64,000 nt of DNA. Source: Acidimicrobiales bacterium. GTDB taxonomy: Bacteria; Actinomycetota; Acidimicrobiia; Acidimicrobiales; Aldehydirespiratoraceae. The stretch's first letter is position 1. Each line of letters opens with the position of its first letter. Location: NCBI GenBank assembly GCA_029247365.1, contig JAQWLJ010000002.1:73111-137110 (forward strand), written 5' to 3'. A program made the translations under genes and the position numbers. Below, one piece after another: positions 29,401 through 43,680 of the stretch. The notes below the pieces were generated by a model. The model saw nothing but the letters and a program-made list of their open reading frames with translations, had not been told where the DNA came from and did no database searches.

Positions 29401-31089
29401 TCAGCCTGCCGCGACCAGCTGTGGGATCGCCTCGCGAGTGATCGAGTCGAGCTCGCCCGGCAACACACCGAACACGATCGTGACGGCAACAGCGATCGCA
29501 ATCGCCACACCGGCGGTACGCGGCACGTGGATTGCCGGCGCGTCGTCGGCCGCCTGACCGAGATAAATCGACAGGATGATCCGTAGGTACAGGAACGCCG
29601 AGACGACAGCGGTCACCATGGCAGCAAGAGCCAACCAGTACGAACGGGCCTCCACTGCGGCACCGATCACCTCGAACTTGGCGACGAACCCTGACGTCAA
29701 GGGAACGCCGGCCTGTGCCAGCAGGAAGATCGTGAGCGCAAACGCCAGGGCGGGTCGCCGCGTTGAGAGACCGTCGAGGTCATCGAGGCTCGTGGAACGG
29801 TCACCCTGACCGCTGACCAGCGAAAGCACACCGAAACTACCGATGACAAGGAACGTGTAGGCGACCGCATAGAACGCCACCGCATTGACACCTTCGGGGC
29901 TGGCGGCTTGGACGCCAACAAGAATGAAACCGGCGTGACTGATCGACGAGTAGGCCAGCATGCGCTTGGCGTCGCGCTGAACGATCGCCATGAATGAACC
30001 GACGACCAGCGTGAGCAGGGCGAGGCCGTAGACGGCGGGTTGCCAGTCGGCCGCATAGTCACCGAAGGTCACCATGAACACCCGCACGATGGCAGCGAAG
30101 CCGGCGGCCTTCACCACCGAGGCCATGAACGCGACGACCGGTGTCGGGGCGCCCTGGTAGACGTCGGGAGTCCACGCGTGGAACGGCGCGGCCGCGACTT
30201 TGAAGCCGAGACCAACGAGCAGCATGGCAAAGCCAACCATCAGCAAGCCGTTGTCGATCAACACGATCGCATCGAGGAAGAAGCGGATCTCGATCAGATT
30301 CGTCGAGCCGGTAGCGCCGTAGACGAGGGCGATTCCGTAGAGCAGGAACGCGGACGCAAACGCGCCGAGCACGAAGTATTTGAGGCCCGCTTCCTGGCTC
30401 TCACTGCGTCGACTGTGCATCGCCGCCATGACGTAGACCGCAATGCTCAGGGTCTCGAGACCGAGAAACAGCACGATCAGGTCGTTGGCACCAGCCATGA
30501 CCACACCACCGGCTGCAGAGAACAGCATGAGGACGTACATCTCAACGCCGTCGATGCCCTCACGCCGCAGGTAGTCGTCGAGCAGGAACGACACCAGCAC
30601 GACCGACGCTGCGATCACACCGGTGATCACCAGCGCAAAACCGTCGATGCCGTACTGATCGCCAAGAGCGCCGAACGCGCCACTGGCTCCGAACCGGCCA
30701 TTCCACAGACCGAACGTGGCAGCAAGCGCGACGAGACCCACCGCCGAGGCGAGCGCCGCATCGAGACCGATCCGCAGCGATCGAGCGCTGACGGCCCCGA
30801 GCCCCATGGCGACCGCGAGGCCGACGTAGTACGCACCGTCACCCACGTCAGAGCGGGTAGCTGCGAACGCAACCTCGGTTCCGGCGAGTCCGTGGGCGGC
30901 CCACATGCCGACCACAGTCATGGCGCCGACAGCTGGGATGGCCTGGCCGGTAGCGGCCACCGGCAGTTGCTTGACAACCGACCGGAACATGACGATCAGC
31001 AGCGCTCCTGCACCGAGGATCATCAAGGGTGCGAGGCCCTCCCACACGATCTCGGGGCGAACGACAGGAAGGGAGGCCTGGGCGAACAT
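29401..31089 (-). CDS. nuoN: NADH-quinone oxidoreductase subunit N (14-subunit set)
   Basis: 562-aa antiporter-like subunit with a 1-nt overlap with nuoM. Confidence 0.9.
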   Translation of the reverse strand: MFAQASLPVVRPEIVWEGLAPLMILGAGALLIVMFRSVVKQLPVAATGQAIPAVGAMTVVGMWAAHGLAGTEVAFAATRSDVGDGAYYVGLAVAMGLGAVSARSLRIGLDAALASAVGLVALAATFGLWNGRFGASGAFGALGDQYGIDGFALVITGVIAASVVLVSFLLDDYLRREGIDGVEMYVLMLFSAAGGVVMAGANDLIVLFLGLETLSIAVYVMAAMHSRRSESQEAGLKYFVLGAFASAFLLYGIALVYGATGSTNLIEIRFFLDAIVLIDNGLLMVGFAMLLVGLGFKVAAAPFHAWTPDVYQGAPTPVVAFMASVVKAAGFAAIVRVFMVTFGDYAADWQPAVYGLALLTLVVGSFMAIVQRDAKRMLAYSSISHAGFILVGVQAASPEGVNAVAFYAVAYTFLVIGSFGVLSLVSGQGDRSTSLDDLDGLSTRRPALAFALTIFLLAQAGVPLTSGFVAKFEVIGAAVEARSYWLALAAMVTAVVSAFLYLRIILSIYLGQAADDAPAIHVPRTAGVAIAIAVAVTIVFGVLPGELDSITREAIPQLVAAG

Positions 31090-32716
31090 CAGTGGTCCTC
31101 TTCCTCGTGATCGGGATCATCGCCGTGGTCATCACCGTGATTCAGATGATCGAGGTCAACCGATGGCATTACATCGGCCTCAGGCTCTTCGAAGTCGTCG
31201 ACGTTGGCTTCAACGTGGGAGATGAGGGCGTCGACCGCCGGCTCTATCCGCTCGAGGACCGGCTTCGGGTAGAGGCCCATGAAGAAAATAGCGATGAGGA
31301 ACGGCAAAATAACTGCACCCTCGGACCAGGTGAGGTCGGCCATGTCGGCGTTGTCACCCTCGACCGGGCCGTGAAACACGCGCTGGTAGGCCCACAACAG
31401 GTACAGGGCTGCAATGATCACGCCGGCCGCGGCCACGATCGCCCACCACCTGAAGGCGGCGAACGCCCCAAGCAGCGCCAGGAATTCGCCGACGAACCCG
31501 TTCATGCCGGGTACGCCGATCGAGCTGAGCATCACGACCATAAATACTGCGGCGAATATCGGCGCTGGCTTCTGGAGGCCGCCGAGCTTCGCGATCTCAC
31601 GGGTGTGGCGGCGGTCGTAGAGCCAACCGACCAGCAGGAAAAGCGCGCCGGTAGAGATGCCGTGGTTCACCATCTGTAACAAACCACCGGACATACCCTC
31701 GGTATTGAGGGCGAAGGTGCCAATGACGATGAAGCCGAGGTGGGCCACCGATGAGTAGGCGACCAGGCGCTTGAGGTCCTTCTGCATTGTGGCGGCGATA
31801 GCGCCGTAGATGATGCCGATCGTGCCGAGGGCGACCAGTGCAGGGGCGAAGAACACCGCCGCCTCTGGAAACAGATAGATGCCGAAGCGAAGGAAGCCGT
31901 AGGTGCCGAGCTTCAACATGACGCCTGCGAGAATCACTGAACCCGCAGTGGGTGCGTTGGTGTGCGCGTCGGGGAGCCACGTGTGGACCGGGAACAACGG
32001 CACCTTGACCGCAAACGCGACTGCAAAGCTGAGGAAGATCCACCGAGCAGTATTGGTGGCGAGCGCCTGTGTCTCAGCCAGGGTCACGAGGTCGAACGTG
32101 ACCGGATTGCCGGTTTCTGCAGCCGTGAGGAACGCCGTCGCAAGAATGCCAACCAGCATCAAGGCCGAACCAAACATCGTGTAGACGAAGAACTTTGTGG
32201 CGGCGTAGGCCCGCTCACCGTGACCCCATTGGCCGATGAGGAAGTACATCGGCACGAGCACGATCTCGAAGAACACGAAGAAGGCGAACAGGTCGAGCGC
32301 CAAGAAGACACCGAGACAGCCGGCCTCGAGGACCAGAAGCCACGCGTAGTAGGCCTTGGGAGTGTGTTCGGCTTCGATCGCAATGATCGCAAGCGGGAAC
32401 AGCGCCACCGTCAGCACAACCAGCCACAGCGAGATGCCATCAAGACCGAGGCTCCACGAGATGCCGAGGCTCTCGATCCAGGTCCACGAGTCGACGAACT
32501 GCATGTCGGCAGCGCTGCTCTTGTCGAACTCGAGCATTACCCAGGTCGCAATACCGGCCGTGGCGACAGCGAACAGGAAGGCGACTTCCTTGAAGTAGCC
32601 CTCGCGGTTCTTGGGAAGCACCAGGAGCGTGATGGCGCCGATGAGCGGCAGCACGACGATCGTGGTGAGGACCGGGAAGGAGACCGAAGCCGACGACGCG
32701 GCGAGTAGTGACTGCA

Positions 32717-32717
<1 letters not shown>
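31089..32717 (-). CDS. nuoM: NADH-quinone oxidoreductase subunit M (14-subunit set), His/Asp-rich C-terminal tail
   Basis: 542 aa. FPVHTWLPDAH block. The tail reads DLDHLNHGDDHGDDPDHEEEDH. Confidence 0.9.
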
Positions 32718-35011
<2,294 letters not shown>

Positions 35012-35025
35012 GGTCAGTCCCTCAC

Positions 35026-35343
35026 CTAGCCCCTGAGCAGCGCCACGTCATCGGCGGTCGCATCCCGGCGACGACGGTTGATCGCCACAACGATGGCGAG
35101 GCCGACGACGACCTCCACCGCAGCGACGACGAGAACGAAAAACACGGCCAACTGGCCACCGACGTCATTGAGGTCGGCACCGAAGGCCACAAACGAGATA
35201 TTGACCGCGTTGAGCATCAGTTCGACACACATGAACATCACCAGCGGGTTGCGTCGGATCAGCAGACCGGCTGCGCCGATGGCAAACATCAGCGCCGACA
35301 GCACGAGGTAGTACGAGGTCGTGAGTTCGAGTTCGGCAGGCAT
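35026..35343 (-). CDS. nuoK: NADH-quinone oxidoreductase subunit K (14-subunit set)
   Basis: 105 aa with 3 TM segments and a [12 protein letters not shown] block. Confidence 0.9.
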   Translation of the reverse strand: MPAELELTTSYYLVLSALMFAIGAAGLLIRRNPLVMFMCVELMLNAVNISFVAFGADLNDVGGQLAVFFVLVVAAVEVVVGLAIVVAINRRRRDATADDVALLRG

Positions 35344-35996
35344 CAGACGACCTCCCCTCGTGCAGGCTCGTCAACCGGCTCGTGGTGATCTTCATCGTTG
35401 GCTCCCGCAGGAGCAAGCGGTGCAAGATCCATACTGGCGGGCTCGAGATCATCGAGCAGATCGTCGGCCTTGACCGTGCGGGTGAGCACGACAGCGCCCA
35501 CGACGGCGATGGTAAGGAGGGCAGCGGTGATTTGGAACGCCAACAGGTAGTCGGTGAACAGCACGCGGCCGATGCGTTCAATATCGGTGTAGCCGTTGTC
35601 GAGCGCATCCTCACCGATGCCCGGTGCCGACACCGAACCGGTGGCGCCATCGACAGCTGCGACGACGGTGATGATCCCGCCCGCTGCGAGTGCAGCACCG
35701 ATCACGGCGGCAAGCGGCTTCTGCCCGGCAATCGGTTCGACGCCGAGGTCTTCTGCCTTGTCGACACCCAGCAACATAATGACGAACAGAAAGAGGATGA
35801 CGATCGCACCTGCGTACACGACCACCTGAACGGCGGCGAGGAAGTGTGCTTCCTGGATCACGAAGAGGACCGCGACCCCAATCAGCGTCTGAATCAGGAA
35901 CAGCGCAGAGTGCACCGGGTTGCGGGCTGCGATCACGCCCAACCCTCCGGTAACGATCACGACGGCGGCCACAAAGAAGGTCATGAACTCAGCCAT
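35343..35996 (-). CDS. nuoJ: NADH-quinone oxidoreductase subunit J (14-subunit set)
   Basis: Start set at ATG 35996 ([13 protein letters not shown]); the tracked 36572 start runs through nuoI. Acidic/His C-terminal tail. Confidence 0.85.
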   Translation of the reverse strand: MAEFMTFFVAAVVIVTGGLGVIAARNPVHSALFLIQTLIGVAVLFVIQEAHFLAAVQVVVYAGAIVILFLFVIMLLGVDKAEDLGVEPIAGQKPLAAVIGAALAAGGIITVVAAVDGATGSVSAPGIGEDALDNGYTDIERIGRVLFTDYLLAFQITAALLTIAVVGAVVLTRTVKADDLLDDLEPASMDLAPLAPAGANDEDHHEPVDEPARGEVV

Positions 35997-36624
35997 CGGA
36001 GGATTCCTCCTGTGCTGGCTCCGGATCGCGAACGCCGTAGCCGAGCTCGCCCGCCCAGTGCACAACACCTTCGTAACGGTGATCCCCTGCTGGGGACGTG
36101 GCCCGCATCCAGCCAGAGGTGAGTTCGTCATCACCTGGTCGCCAGTCTTCCCACGGAAGTTGCTGGGGCTTGCCGTTATCGCCGACGAGCAGCTCGTCCT
36201 TGGTGTAAATCGCATCGCTGCGGTTCGTGAACGAGAACTCGAACAGCTTCGACTCGGTGATCGCCTGGGTGGGGCACGCCTCAACACACAGATCACAGTG
36301 GATGCACCGGAGGTAGTTGATCTCGTACACGTAGCCGAAGCGTTCGCCCGGCGAGGCTGGCGCGGCCGGGTCGTTGTCTGCGCCACGCACATAGATGCAC
36401 TTGGCGGGGCACACACCGGCGCAGAGCTCACAGCCGATGCACTTCTCCATACCGTCCTCGTAGCGGTTGAGGACGTGGCGACCGTGGAAGCGTTCGGGTT
36501 TCGCCCGCTTTTCGTCGGGCGCGCCTTCCTTCGCCTTGCCACCGCGGTAGTCACCGGTGACACGGTCTTCAAACAGCTTCTTGAAGGTGACCACGAAGCC
36601 TTTGAGGTACGAACCGTCAGCCAC
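35989..36624 (-). CDS. nuoI: NADH-quinone oxidoreductase subunit I (14-subunit set)
   Basis: [12 protein letters not shown] and [12 protein letters not shown] motifs. The start is either GTG 36624 (8-nt overlap with nuoH) or ATG 36663. Confidence 0.9.
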   Translation of the reverse strand: MADGSYLKGFVVTFKKLFEDRVTGDYRGGKAKEGAPDEKRAKPERFHGRHVLNRYEDGMEKCIGCELCAGVCPAKCIYVRGADNDPAAPASPGERFGYVYEINYLRCIHCDLCVEACPTQAITESKLFEFSFTNRSDAIYTKDELLVGDNGKPQQLPWEDWRPGDDELTSGWMRATSPAGDHRYEGVVHWAGELGYGVRDPEPAQEESSDG

Positions 36625-37846
36625 GACTGGCCTCCTTCTCCGCCGCTTCGGCAAGCCGCTCACTTCGCGCCGTGTTCATCGCCATCGCCAAAAGGCCGCT
36701 GAGAAGGGCCACACCGGCGAACCAGCCGATGAACCAGGCGGCGTAGTTACCCAGCCCCCAGTCGTTGCCATCACCAATGCGCAGGCCGGCCAGCAGGATC
36801 AACCAGAACAGCGATAGTGGGATGAGGAACTTCCAACCCAGATCCATCAGCTGGTCGTAGCGGAAGCGGGGCAGCGTGGCTCGGATCCAGACGAAAGCAA
36901 AGAGGAAGAACGACAGCTTCAGGAAGAACCAGATGGTGCCGACCCACCAGCCGTCGGGAAGGAACAGCGACGGACCATGCGGACCACCCAGGAACATGGT
37001 GACGACGATGGCACTGATCGTGATCTGGTTCATGAACTCCGCGAGGAAGAACAACGCGAATCGGATCGATGAGTATTCGGTGTGGAAGCCACCGACGAGC
37101 TCCTGTTCGGCCTCGACGAGGTCGAACGGTGGGTGGTTGAGCTCGGCAGTGCCCGCAATGAAAAAGACGACAAAGGGCACGACGCCGGTCGTGACAATCG
37201 CCCAGTTGGCAAGCCCACCACTCTGAGACAGCACCATGTCGTGAGTCGAGAGCGATCCCGACTGGAGCACCACAGCCGCCACGGCCAAGCCGAGCGCGGC
37301 TTCGTACGACACCATCTGGGCAGACGCACGCACCGAGCCGAGCAGCGGGTACTTCGAGCCAGAACTCCATCCGGCAAGCATCACGCCATAGATCGCGAGC
37401 GACGACATGGCGAGGAAGAAAAGGATGCCGATCGGCGGATCAGCAACCTGCAAGAACGTGGGCTTGCCGAGGATCGTTACGAGACCGTCGCGGCTGCCAT
37501 CGCCGTTGAAATCGCCACCGACCGGCACGATCGCAAACGTCAGGAATGCCGGGACGAGCGAGAGGTACGGCGCCAACTTGAACGTGAACCGGTCGGCGTT
37601 GTCCGGGATGAGGTCTTCCTTGAAGAAGAGCTTGATGCCGTCGGCGAGGGTCTGAAGGATGCCCCACGGACCAGCGATGTTTGGGCCGATGCGGTTCTGG
37701 AAGTCGGAGATGACCTTCCGGAGAAACCAGATATTGAGCATCACCGACACGAGCAAGAACACGAACGCCGCGACCGCCTTGAGCAACGTGACGGGCAGCG
37801 CGTCCCAGATATCGCCTGCGTAGAGCGGATCTTGTCCGAGAATCAT
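36617..37846 (-). CDS. nuoH: NADH-quinone oxidoreductase subunit H (14-subunit set)
   Basis: 409 aa. [23 protein letters not shown] block. ATGA overlap with nuoG. Confidence 0.9.
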   Translation of the reverse strand: MILGQDPLYAGDIWDALPVTLLKAVAAFVFLLVSVMLNIWFLRKVISDFQNRIGPNIAGPWGILQTLADGIKLFFKEDLIPDNADRFTFKLAPYLSLVPAFLTFAIVPVGGDFNGDGSRDGLVTILGKPTFLQVADPPIGILFFLAMSSLAIYGVMLAGWSSGSKYPLLGSVRASAQMVSYEAALGLAVAAVVLQSGSLSTHDMVLSQSGGLANWAIVTTGVVPFVVFFIAGTAELNHPPFDLVEAEQELVGGFHTEYSSIRFALFFLAEFMNQITISAIVVTMFLGGPHGPSLFLPDGWWVGTIWFFLKLSFFLFAFVWIRATLPRFRYDQLMDLGWKFLIPLSLFWLILLAGLRIGDGNDWGLGNYAAWFIGWFAGVALLSGLLAMAMNTARSERLAEAAEKEASRG

Positions 37847-40320
37847 GCGCGCTCCACTCGCACGTCGGTCACCAACGTCGTGGCGTCGATCAGTCGGTTG
37901 GCGTTGACGTCTGGCGCGTTGGCTGGGATGGCCGCAGAGCCAACCGGCACCCCGACATCGATCGCCACCGGCGCCATGAGTTCGCCTTTGCCGGACAAGA
38001 CCTTGACGATCGCACCGGGTTCGACACCAAGCTTGTCGAAGTCAGCCGGGTTCAGCCGGACCTGCACTGCTGCGGCGAGACCAGCACTCGCCGGGCAGGC
38101 CTGGACCATCGTGCCGTTGTCGTACATCCGTCGGGTGGCAACGAGCCGAAGCGAATACGCATCGTTCGCTGGAGCCATCGAACCGCTTGCCGTGGGCGCC
38201 GAGATCGACCCTCCCGACAGCAGGACGCCCTCGACCGGGTCGGTGGCGAGCGCCTCTTCGGTGACCGTGGCGTGCACATCAGATACTGCGGCCATCTCAG
38301 CGCGGATGGCCTCGACGGATGCGAGACCGAGATCGACGCCGAGGCGGCTACCAATCTCTGCTGCAATCTGCCAGTCGGCGCGGGCGGTACCCGGGGCCGT
38401 AACTTTTTGCGCACTGATGCTTACTCGGCCTTCCAGGTTGGTAAAGGTGCCGGCGGACTCGGTGGGAGCCGCAGCTGGGAGCACGATGTGGGCGTAGCCC
38501 GTGGTCGAGGCATTGGGCAGGGTTTCAACTGCGAGAATCGTGCCGACCCCGGCCAGTGCTCGTTGGGCGAGTTCATTGTCGGGGAAGTCAGCGAGTGGAT
38601 CGGCGCCGAGTAGCACCAAGACGTCGAGCGAGCCGGCGGCAGCAGCAGTCAGCATCGCCGCGGTATCCATGCCGGCTGTGGTCGGCACCGAGCCCCAGAT
38701 GTCGGCAACTGCGCCAGCATCAGTAAGCGTACGGCGTCCGGGCAGCAGGCCCGGAGCCATGCCAGCCTCGAAGGCGCCGTGCACGTTGCCGCGCCGCAGC
38801 GCCGACAGGAAGCCCACCCCATCGATGGCATTCAGTGCGACGGCTGCGTCGACGACCGCTTCGGCGGATTCAGCGGTCGAAGCTCGGCCGAGCACGACGG
38901 TTACCGGTCCGCTGATGGCGTTCGCTGCATCGGCAATCGCGCTGGCAGACACGCCAGCCGCCTCGATAGCGGTGCCCCGGCGAGCCGATGCAAGCGCATG
39001 GGCCAACTGACCGACTTCTCCGGGGCGCGGATGCAGCGAGTGGGCGGCGATCCCACTCAAGCCGGTGCGGGTCGGCGTCAGCTCGATGAGTGTCGTGCCG
39101 TCGTTCACGACCGCATGACGCAGCCGAAGGAACAGCGCGCCAAGATCTTCCTTCGGGTCGGGTCCAACGAGGATGACCGTGCCCCCCGGCTGACAGGCGT
39201 CGGCGATCGTGGCGCGGGGCAACCCAAGCACAACCTCGGCGGGGATCCCATCGCTGAGCTGCGCATCGACGTTGTCGGTGCCGATGACCCCCTTGGCCAG
39301 CTTGGTCCACGCGTACTGTGACTCGTTGGTGAGGCGGGCGCCGCCCACGACACCGACCCGGGCCGGATCGACACCGGCGAACGCGGTGGCCACACGGCTC
39401 ATCGCCGCACCCCAACCAATCGGGGCGAGTTCGCTGTCGGCGCCGGCTCGCACGAGCGGCGTGGTCAGACGGGCGTCGGCGTTGAGCGCCTCGAACCCGA
39501 AGCGCTCCTTGTCGGACAACCAACCCCAGTTGACAGCATCGGAGTCGACGCCGAGCAGGCGCAAGACCTGATTGCGGCTCGATTGCACCGTGACGCGGGA
39601 ACCAACCGAGTCGGTCCAAGCGGTCGAGACCGTCTCTTCGAGATCCCAGGGGCGGGCCTTAAAGCGGTAAGGCTTGGCGGTGAGGGCACCGACCGGGCAG
39701 ATCTGCACGGTGTTCCCGGAGAAGTACGAGGCAAACGGCTCGTCGGGGAAGGTGTTGACCTGGGTGTTGTTGCCCCGGTCCATGAAGTGGATCAGCGTGT
39801 CACCGGCGACCTCGTCGGCGAAGCGGGTGCAGCGATCGCACAAGATGCAGCGCTCGCGGTCGAGGTAGACCGTGTCGCTGATCGGCATCGGCTTCTCGAA
39901 GTGGCGCTTCTCTTCAACAAACCTCGACTCACCCGGCCCGAAAGCCATGGTCTGATCCTGAAGTGGGCATTCGCCGCCCTTATCGCAGACCGGGCAGTCG
40001 AGCGGATGGTTGATCAGCAGGAACTCGAGCACACCGTCCTGGGCCTTCTTGGTGGCATCGGATTCGGTGTCGACGGTCATGCCATCGGAAACCGGAATCA
40101 TGCAGCTCGGCTGCAACGCCGGGCCGCGGCCCGAGTCGACCTCGACAAGGCACATCCGGCACATGCCGACCGGCTTCATACGCGAGTGGTAACAGAATCG
40201 GGGGATGTACGTGCCGGTGCGCTCGGCGGCATCGATGAGGAGTTCGCCGGGCGCAGCGTGGATCTCGACGCCGTTGATGGTGACGGACACCGTGCTGGTG
40301 TCGTTCTGCGTGTCGGTCAT
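37843..40320 (-). CDS. nuoG: NADH-quinone oxidoreductase subunit G
   Basis: 825 aa. CYHSRMKPVGMCRMCLVE, HPLDCPVCDKGGECPLQD and CILCDRCTRF cluster motifs. Confidence 0.9.
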   Translation of the reverse strand: MTDTQNDTSTVSVTINGVEIHAAPGELLIDAAERTGTYIPRFCYHSRMKPVGMCRMCLVEVDSGRGPALQPSCMIPVSDGMTVDTESDATKKAQDGVLEFLLINHPLDCPVCDKGGECPLQDQTMAFGPGESRFVEEKRHFEKPMPISDTVYLDRERCILCDRCTRFADEVAGDTLIHFMDRGNNTQVNTFPDEPFASYFSGNTVQICPVGALTAKPYRFKARPWDLEETVSTAWTDSVGSRVTVQSSRNQVLRLLGVDSDAVNWGWLSDKERFGFEALNADARLTTPLVRAGADSELAPIGWGAAMSRVATAFAGVDPARVGVVGGARLTNESQYAWTKLAKGVIGTDNVDAQLSDGIPAEVVLGLPRATIADACQPGGTVILVGPDPKEDLGALFLRLRHAVVNDGTTLIELTPTRTGLSGIAAHSLHPRPGEVGQLAHALASARRGTAIEAAGVSASAIADAANAISGPVTVVLGRASTAESAEAVVDAAVALNAIDGVGFLSALRRGNVHGAFEAGMAPGLLPGRRTLTDAGAVADIWGSVPTTAGMDTAAMLTAAAAGSLDVLVLLGADPLADFPDNELAQRALAGVGTILAVETLPNASTTGYAHIVLPAAAPTESAGTFTNLEGRVSISAQKVTAPGTARADWQIAAEIGSRLGVDLGLASVEAIRAEMAAVSDVHATVTEEALATDPVEGVLLSGGSISAPTASGSMAPANDAYSLRLVATRRMYDNGTMVQACPASAGLAAAVQVRLNPADFDKLGVEPGAIVKVLSGKGELMAPVAIDVGVPVGSAAIPANAPDVNANRLIDATTLVTDVRVERA

Positions 40321-41744
40321 CAGCCGGCCTCGCTGTTGCCAGGAGCGGAGCTCATGAGTGCAGCGCTGACCGGGATGGAGTCGCGCTTGGTGATCTTGGC
40401 CTCGTATTCATGGCGGAACCGACGAATCGTCGAGGTGATGGGCGCAACCGACGACGGGCCAAGGGGGCAGATCGTGGTCTGTTTGGGCGGGAACGGCACA
40501 GCCGCAAGACCCTGATTCGGATCGGCCGCGACCGGGTACGGGCCAGGGCTGATGTTGTCGGCAATGTCGAGCAGCATGTCGATGTCGCTCGGTCGGCCCT
40601 CGCCGTCGAGGATGCGTTGCAACACTCGCTCTTCCCAGGTGGTGCCTTCACGGCAGGGGGTGCACTTTCCGCACGACTCACGAGCGTAGAAGCGGACGAG
40701 TCGAAGAGCGGCCTTGACCGCATCGGTGGTTTCGTCCATCACAATGATGGCGCCGGAGCCGAGCATCGAGCCCTCTCCGCTGACGACGCGGCCCTCGAGT
40801 GGTACATCGAGCTGCTCAGGGAAGAACCAGGGCGCAGATCCACCGCCCGGCACGAACATCTTCAGCCCGTTGTCCTCGCGAATGCCCTGGCAGAAGTCGT
40901 CGCCATAGAACAGATCGCGGAAGGTGGTGACGCCCTGCTCGATCTCGTACACACCGGGTCGCTTCACGTGACCAGACACCGCCACCATGCGGGTGCCCGG
41001 CGAGGCCTCGGAACCGAACTGCTTGTAGGCCTCGGCGCCGTTCATCATCAGCCACGGCAGGTTGCTGAGTGTCTCGACATTGTTGACGATTGTCGGCTGG
41101 CCGTAGAGCCCGATGGCCGCCGGGAAGTACGGAGGCTTGAGGCGGGGCATGCCTCGGTTGCCCTCGAGCGACTCGATGAGCGCCGTCTCCTCGCCGACGA
41201 TGTACGCCCCTGCCCCCCAGGTGAGGGTGATGTCGACGCTGAAGTCAGTGCCGAGGATGTTCTTCCCGACGTAGCCCTCGGCATAGGCGTCGTTGAGCGC
41301 CTGCGCGATACGTTCCTGTGCGAGCGCCATCTCACCGCGGACATAGAGGAAGCACTGGGCGAGGCCCAAGGCGTAGCACGTGATGAGGCAGCCCTCGATC
41401 AGTTGGTGGGGATCGCGCTCCATGAGGAGACGATCCTTGTAGGTGCCCGGTTCGGACTCGTCACCGTTGACAACGAGGTAGTAGGGGAACTTGCCGGGCG
41501 GCATGAAGCCCCACTTGACGCCGGCGGGGAAGCCAGCACCGCCCCGACCGAGGACGGTGGCTTCACGGACCTCGTCGTGGACCTCAGCCGGCGTGCGGTC
41601 GAGCGCGCGGCGCAGACCCTGGTAGCCGTCGGTCGCCTCGTAGCGGTCGAGAGTGAAGCTGTCACCGTGCTCGAAGCGCGACGTAACGATCTTGGGTCCG
41701 CCGTTGTCGACATAGCCGGGAGCGTGGGGAACGGAGTGGCTCAC
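40320..41744 (-). CDS. nuoF: NADH-quinone oxidoreductase subunit F
   Basis: GRGGAGFPAGVKW (FMN/NADH site) and ESCGKCTPCREG (N3 cluster). Confidence 0.9.
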   Translation of the reverse strand: MSHSVPHAPGYVDNGGPKIVTSRFEHGDSFTLDRYEATDGYQGLRRALDRTPAEVHDEVREATVLGRGGAGFPAGVKWGFMPPGKFPYYLVVNGDESEPGTYKDRLLMERDPHQLIEGCLITCYALGLAQCFLYVRGEMALAQERIAQALNDAYAEGYVGKNILGTDFSVDITLTWGAGAYIVGEETALIESLEGNRGMPRLKPPYFPAAIGLYGQPTIVNNVETLSNLPWLMMNGAEAYKQFGSEASPGTRMVAVSGHVKRPGVYEIEQGVTTFRDLFYGDDFCQGIREDNGLKMFVPGGGSAPWFFPEQLDVPLEGRVVSGEGSMLGSGAIIVMDETTDAVKAALRLVRFYARESCGKCTPCREGTTWEERVLQRILDGEGRPSDIDMLLDIADNISPGPYPVAADPNQGLAAVPFPPKQTTICPLGPSSVAPITSTIRRFRHEYEAKITKRDSIPVSAALMSSAPGNSEAG

Positions 41745-42385
41745 ACTTCCTCACCTTCCGCGGCTCCAGCAGGGGCCGGCTCATCATTGCGGGCCAACCA
41801 GACGGGACGCACGTTGGCCTGCTCGGGGGGCACGATGCCGGCCATAGCGTCGACCGGAATGTGCTGACGAACGCGGCCGAGCGTGCCGTGCTCGGGGATG
41901 TCGTCGGCGCGACTATTGCGAATGTCGTCGATCAGATCGTCGAAGTCCTCGTCGGTGACGCGTAGGCGGTAGCGGTAGTTGACCTGGAGACACGGGGCCT
42001 CGGTGCACGCAGCGATGCACTCGACGTCTTCGATGGTGAACATGCCGTCGGCGGTGGTGCCACCGGCCTTCACGCCGAGCGTCTTCTCGGCGTGGGCGAG
42101 AAGTTCCTCACCGCCAAGGAGTTGGCACGACAGGTTGGTGCACACGTTGACCATGTACTTTCCGACCGGGTGGAACTTGAACATCTCGTAGAACGACCCG
42201 GTTCCCTTGACCTCGGCCGGGGTGGTGTCGGTCAGCTCTGCGATCTGGCGCATGGCTGCGTCGGTGACCCAGCCCTCCTGCTCCTGGGCTAGGTGCAACA
42301 GCGGGATCAGGGCCGACTTGGCGACCGGGTAACGCGAGATGATCTCATCGGCGATCGCGAGATTGTCGGGCGTGAAGTAACTCAT
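41741..42385 (-). CDS. nuoE: NADH-quinone oxidoreductase subunit E
   Basis: CTNLSCQLLGG and CIAACTEAPC 2Fe-2S ligand blocks. Confidence 0.9.
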   Translation of the reverse strand: MSYFTPDNLAIADEIISRYPVAKSALIPLLHLAQEQEGWVTDAAMRQIAELTDTTPAEVKGTGSFYEMFKFHPVGKYMVNVCTNLSCQLLGGEELLAHAEKTLGVKAGGTTADGMFTIEDVECIAACTEAPCLQVNYRYRLRVTDEDFDDLIDDIRNSRADDIPEHGTLGRVRQHIPVDAMAGIVPPEQANVRPVWLARNDEPAPAGAAEGEEV

Positions 42386-43680
42386 CGGTCGACCTCGCCC
42401 ATGATCGGGTCGACACTCGAGATGATGGCGACGCCGTCGGCGATCATGCCGCCCTGCATGAGGTGCGGCATGGTCTGCAGGTTGATGTAGCTCGGGCCGC
42501 GCACGTGCATGCGATATGGCGTGGAGCTGCCGTCGCTCACCATGTAGATACCGAGTTCGCCGCGCGGCGACTCGACCGCTGCGTACGCCTCGCCCTCGGG
42601 CACCTGGTAGCCCTCGGTGAAGATCTTGAAGTGATGAATCAGCGCTTCCATCGACTGGTCGATACGCACCCGAGGGGGGGGCGTGACCTTCTTGTCCTGT
42701 ACGCGGTAGTCCCCAGCCGGCATGCGATCAAGAATCTGTTCGACGATGCGCATCGACTCGCGGATCTCGTTGAGGCGGATCGCATAGCGGTCGTAGCTGT
42801 CGCCGAACGAGCCGACGATGACATCGAAGTCAACCTCGGGGTATGCGAGATACGGCTCGTCGCGGCGAAGATCCCATGCGTAACCAGTGGAACGCAGGAT
42901 CGGACCAGTGGCCGATAATGCCAACGCCTCGTCGGCGTTGAGCACACCCACACCTTGGAGTCGCTCGCGCCAGATCGGCTGGCCGGTCATGAGGATGTCG
43001 TACTCCTCGAGGCGGGGTGGGATCAGCTCGAGCAGGTGCTCGACGTCGGCCTGCCAACCGTCGGGGAGATCGGCCGCCACACCGCCGGGGCGGATGTAGT
43101 TATGGTTCATGCGAAGGCCGGTGACCTTCTCAAAGAACCGGAGAACTTCCTCTCGTTCCCGCCAGCCGTAGATCATCATCGACACGGCGCCGAGGTCCAT
43201 GCCGTTGGTGGCCATGAACAGCAGATGCGAGCTCATGCGGTTGAGTTCGCTCATCAGCATGCGGATCCACACAGCACGCTCCGGGACTTCGATGCCAAGG
43301 AGCTTCTCGGTCGCGAGGCTGAACGCCAGCTCGGTGAAGAGTGGCGAGGCGTAGTCCATGCGGGTGACGTTGGTGCAGCCCTGCAGGTAGGTGAGCTGCT
43401 CAGCCTGCTTCTCCATCCCCGTGTGGAGATAGCCGACAACCGGCTTGCTGCGCAGGACGGTTTCGCCCTCCATCTCGAGCATGAGGCGCAGCACGCCGTG
43501 GGTCGACGGGTGCGACGGACCCATGTTGAGAAGGACCCGCTCATCTTCATCGGGCGCGTCAGGGTCAGCGCCGATCATTGCGGCTTCGGCTTCGCTCAGG
43601 CGGAGAACCGCGGAGTCGTCGCCGCGACGCTTCACCCGCTCGGCGCCGTCAAGAACCTCAGTGTTTTCGGTAACCGTCAT
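42382..43680 (-). CDS. nuoD: NADH-quinone oxidoreductase subunit D (14-subunit set)
   Basis: MGPSHPSTHGVLRLMLE block and a C-terminal DPIMGEVDR. Confidence 0.9.
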   Translation of the reverse strand: MTVTENTEVLDGAERVKRRGDDSAVLRLSEAEAAMIGADPDAPDEDERVLLNMGPSHPSTHGVLRLMLEMEGETVLRSKPVVGYLHTGMEKQAEQLTYLQGCTNVTRMDYASPLFTELAFSLATEKLLGIEVPERAVWIRMLMSELNRMSSHLLFMATNGMDLGAVSMMIYGWREREEVLRFFEKVTGLRMNHNYIRPGGVAADLPDGWQADVEHLLELIPPRLEEYDILMTGQPIWRERLQGVGVLNADEALALSATGPILRSTGYAWDLRRDEPYLAYPEVDFDVIVGSFGDSYDRYAIRLNEIRESMRIVEQILDRMPAGDYRVQDKKVTPPPRVRIDQSMEALIHHFKIFTEGYQVPEGEAYAAVESPRGELGIYMVSDGSSTPYRMHVRGPSYINLQTMPHLMQGGMIADGVAIISSVDPIMGEVDR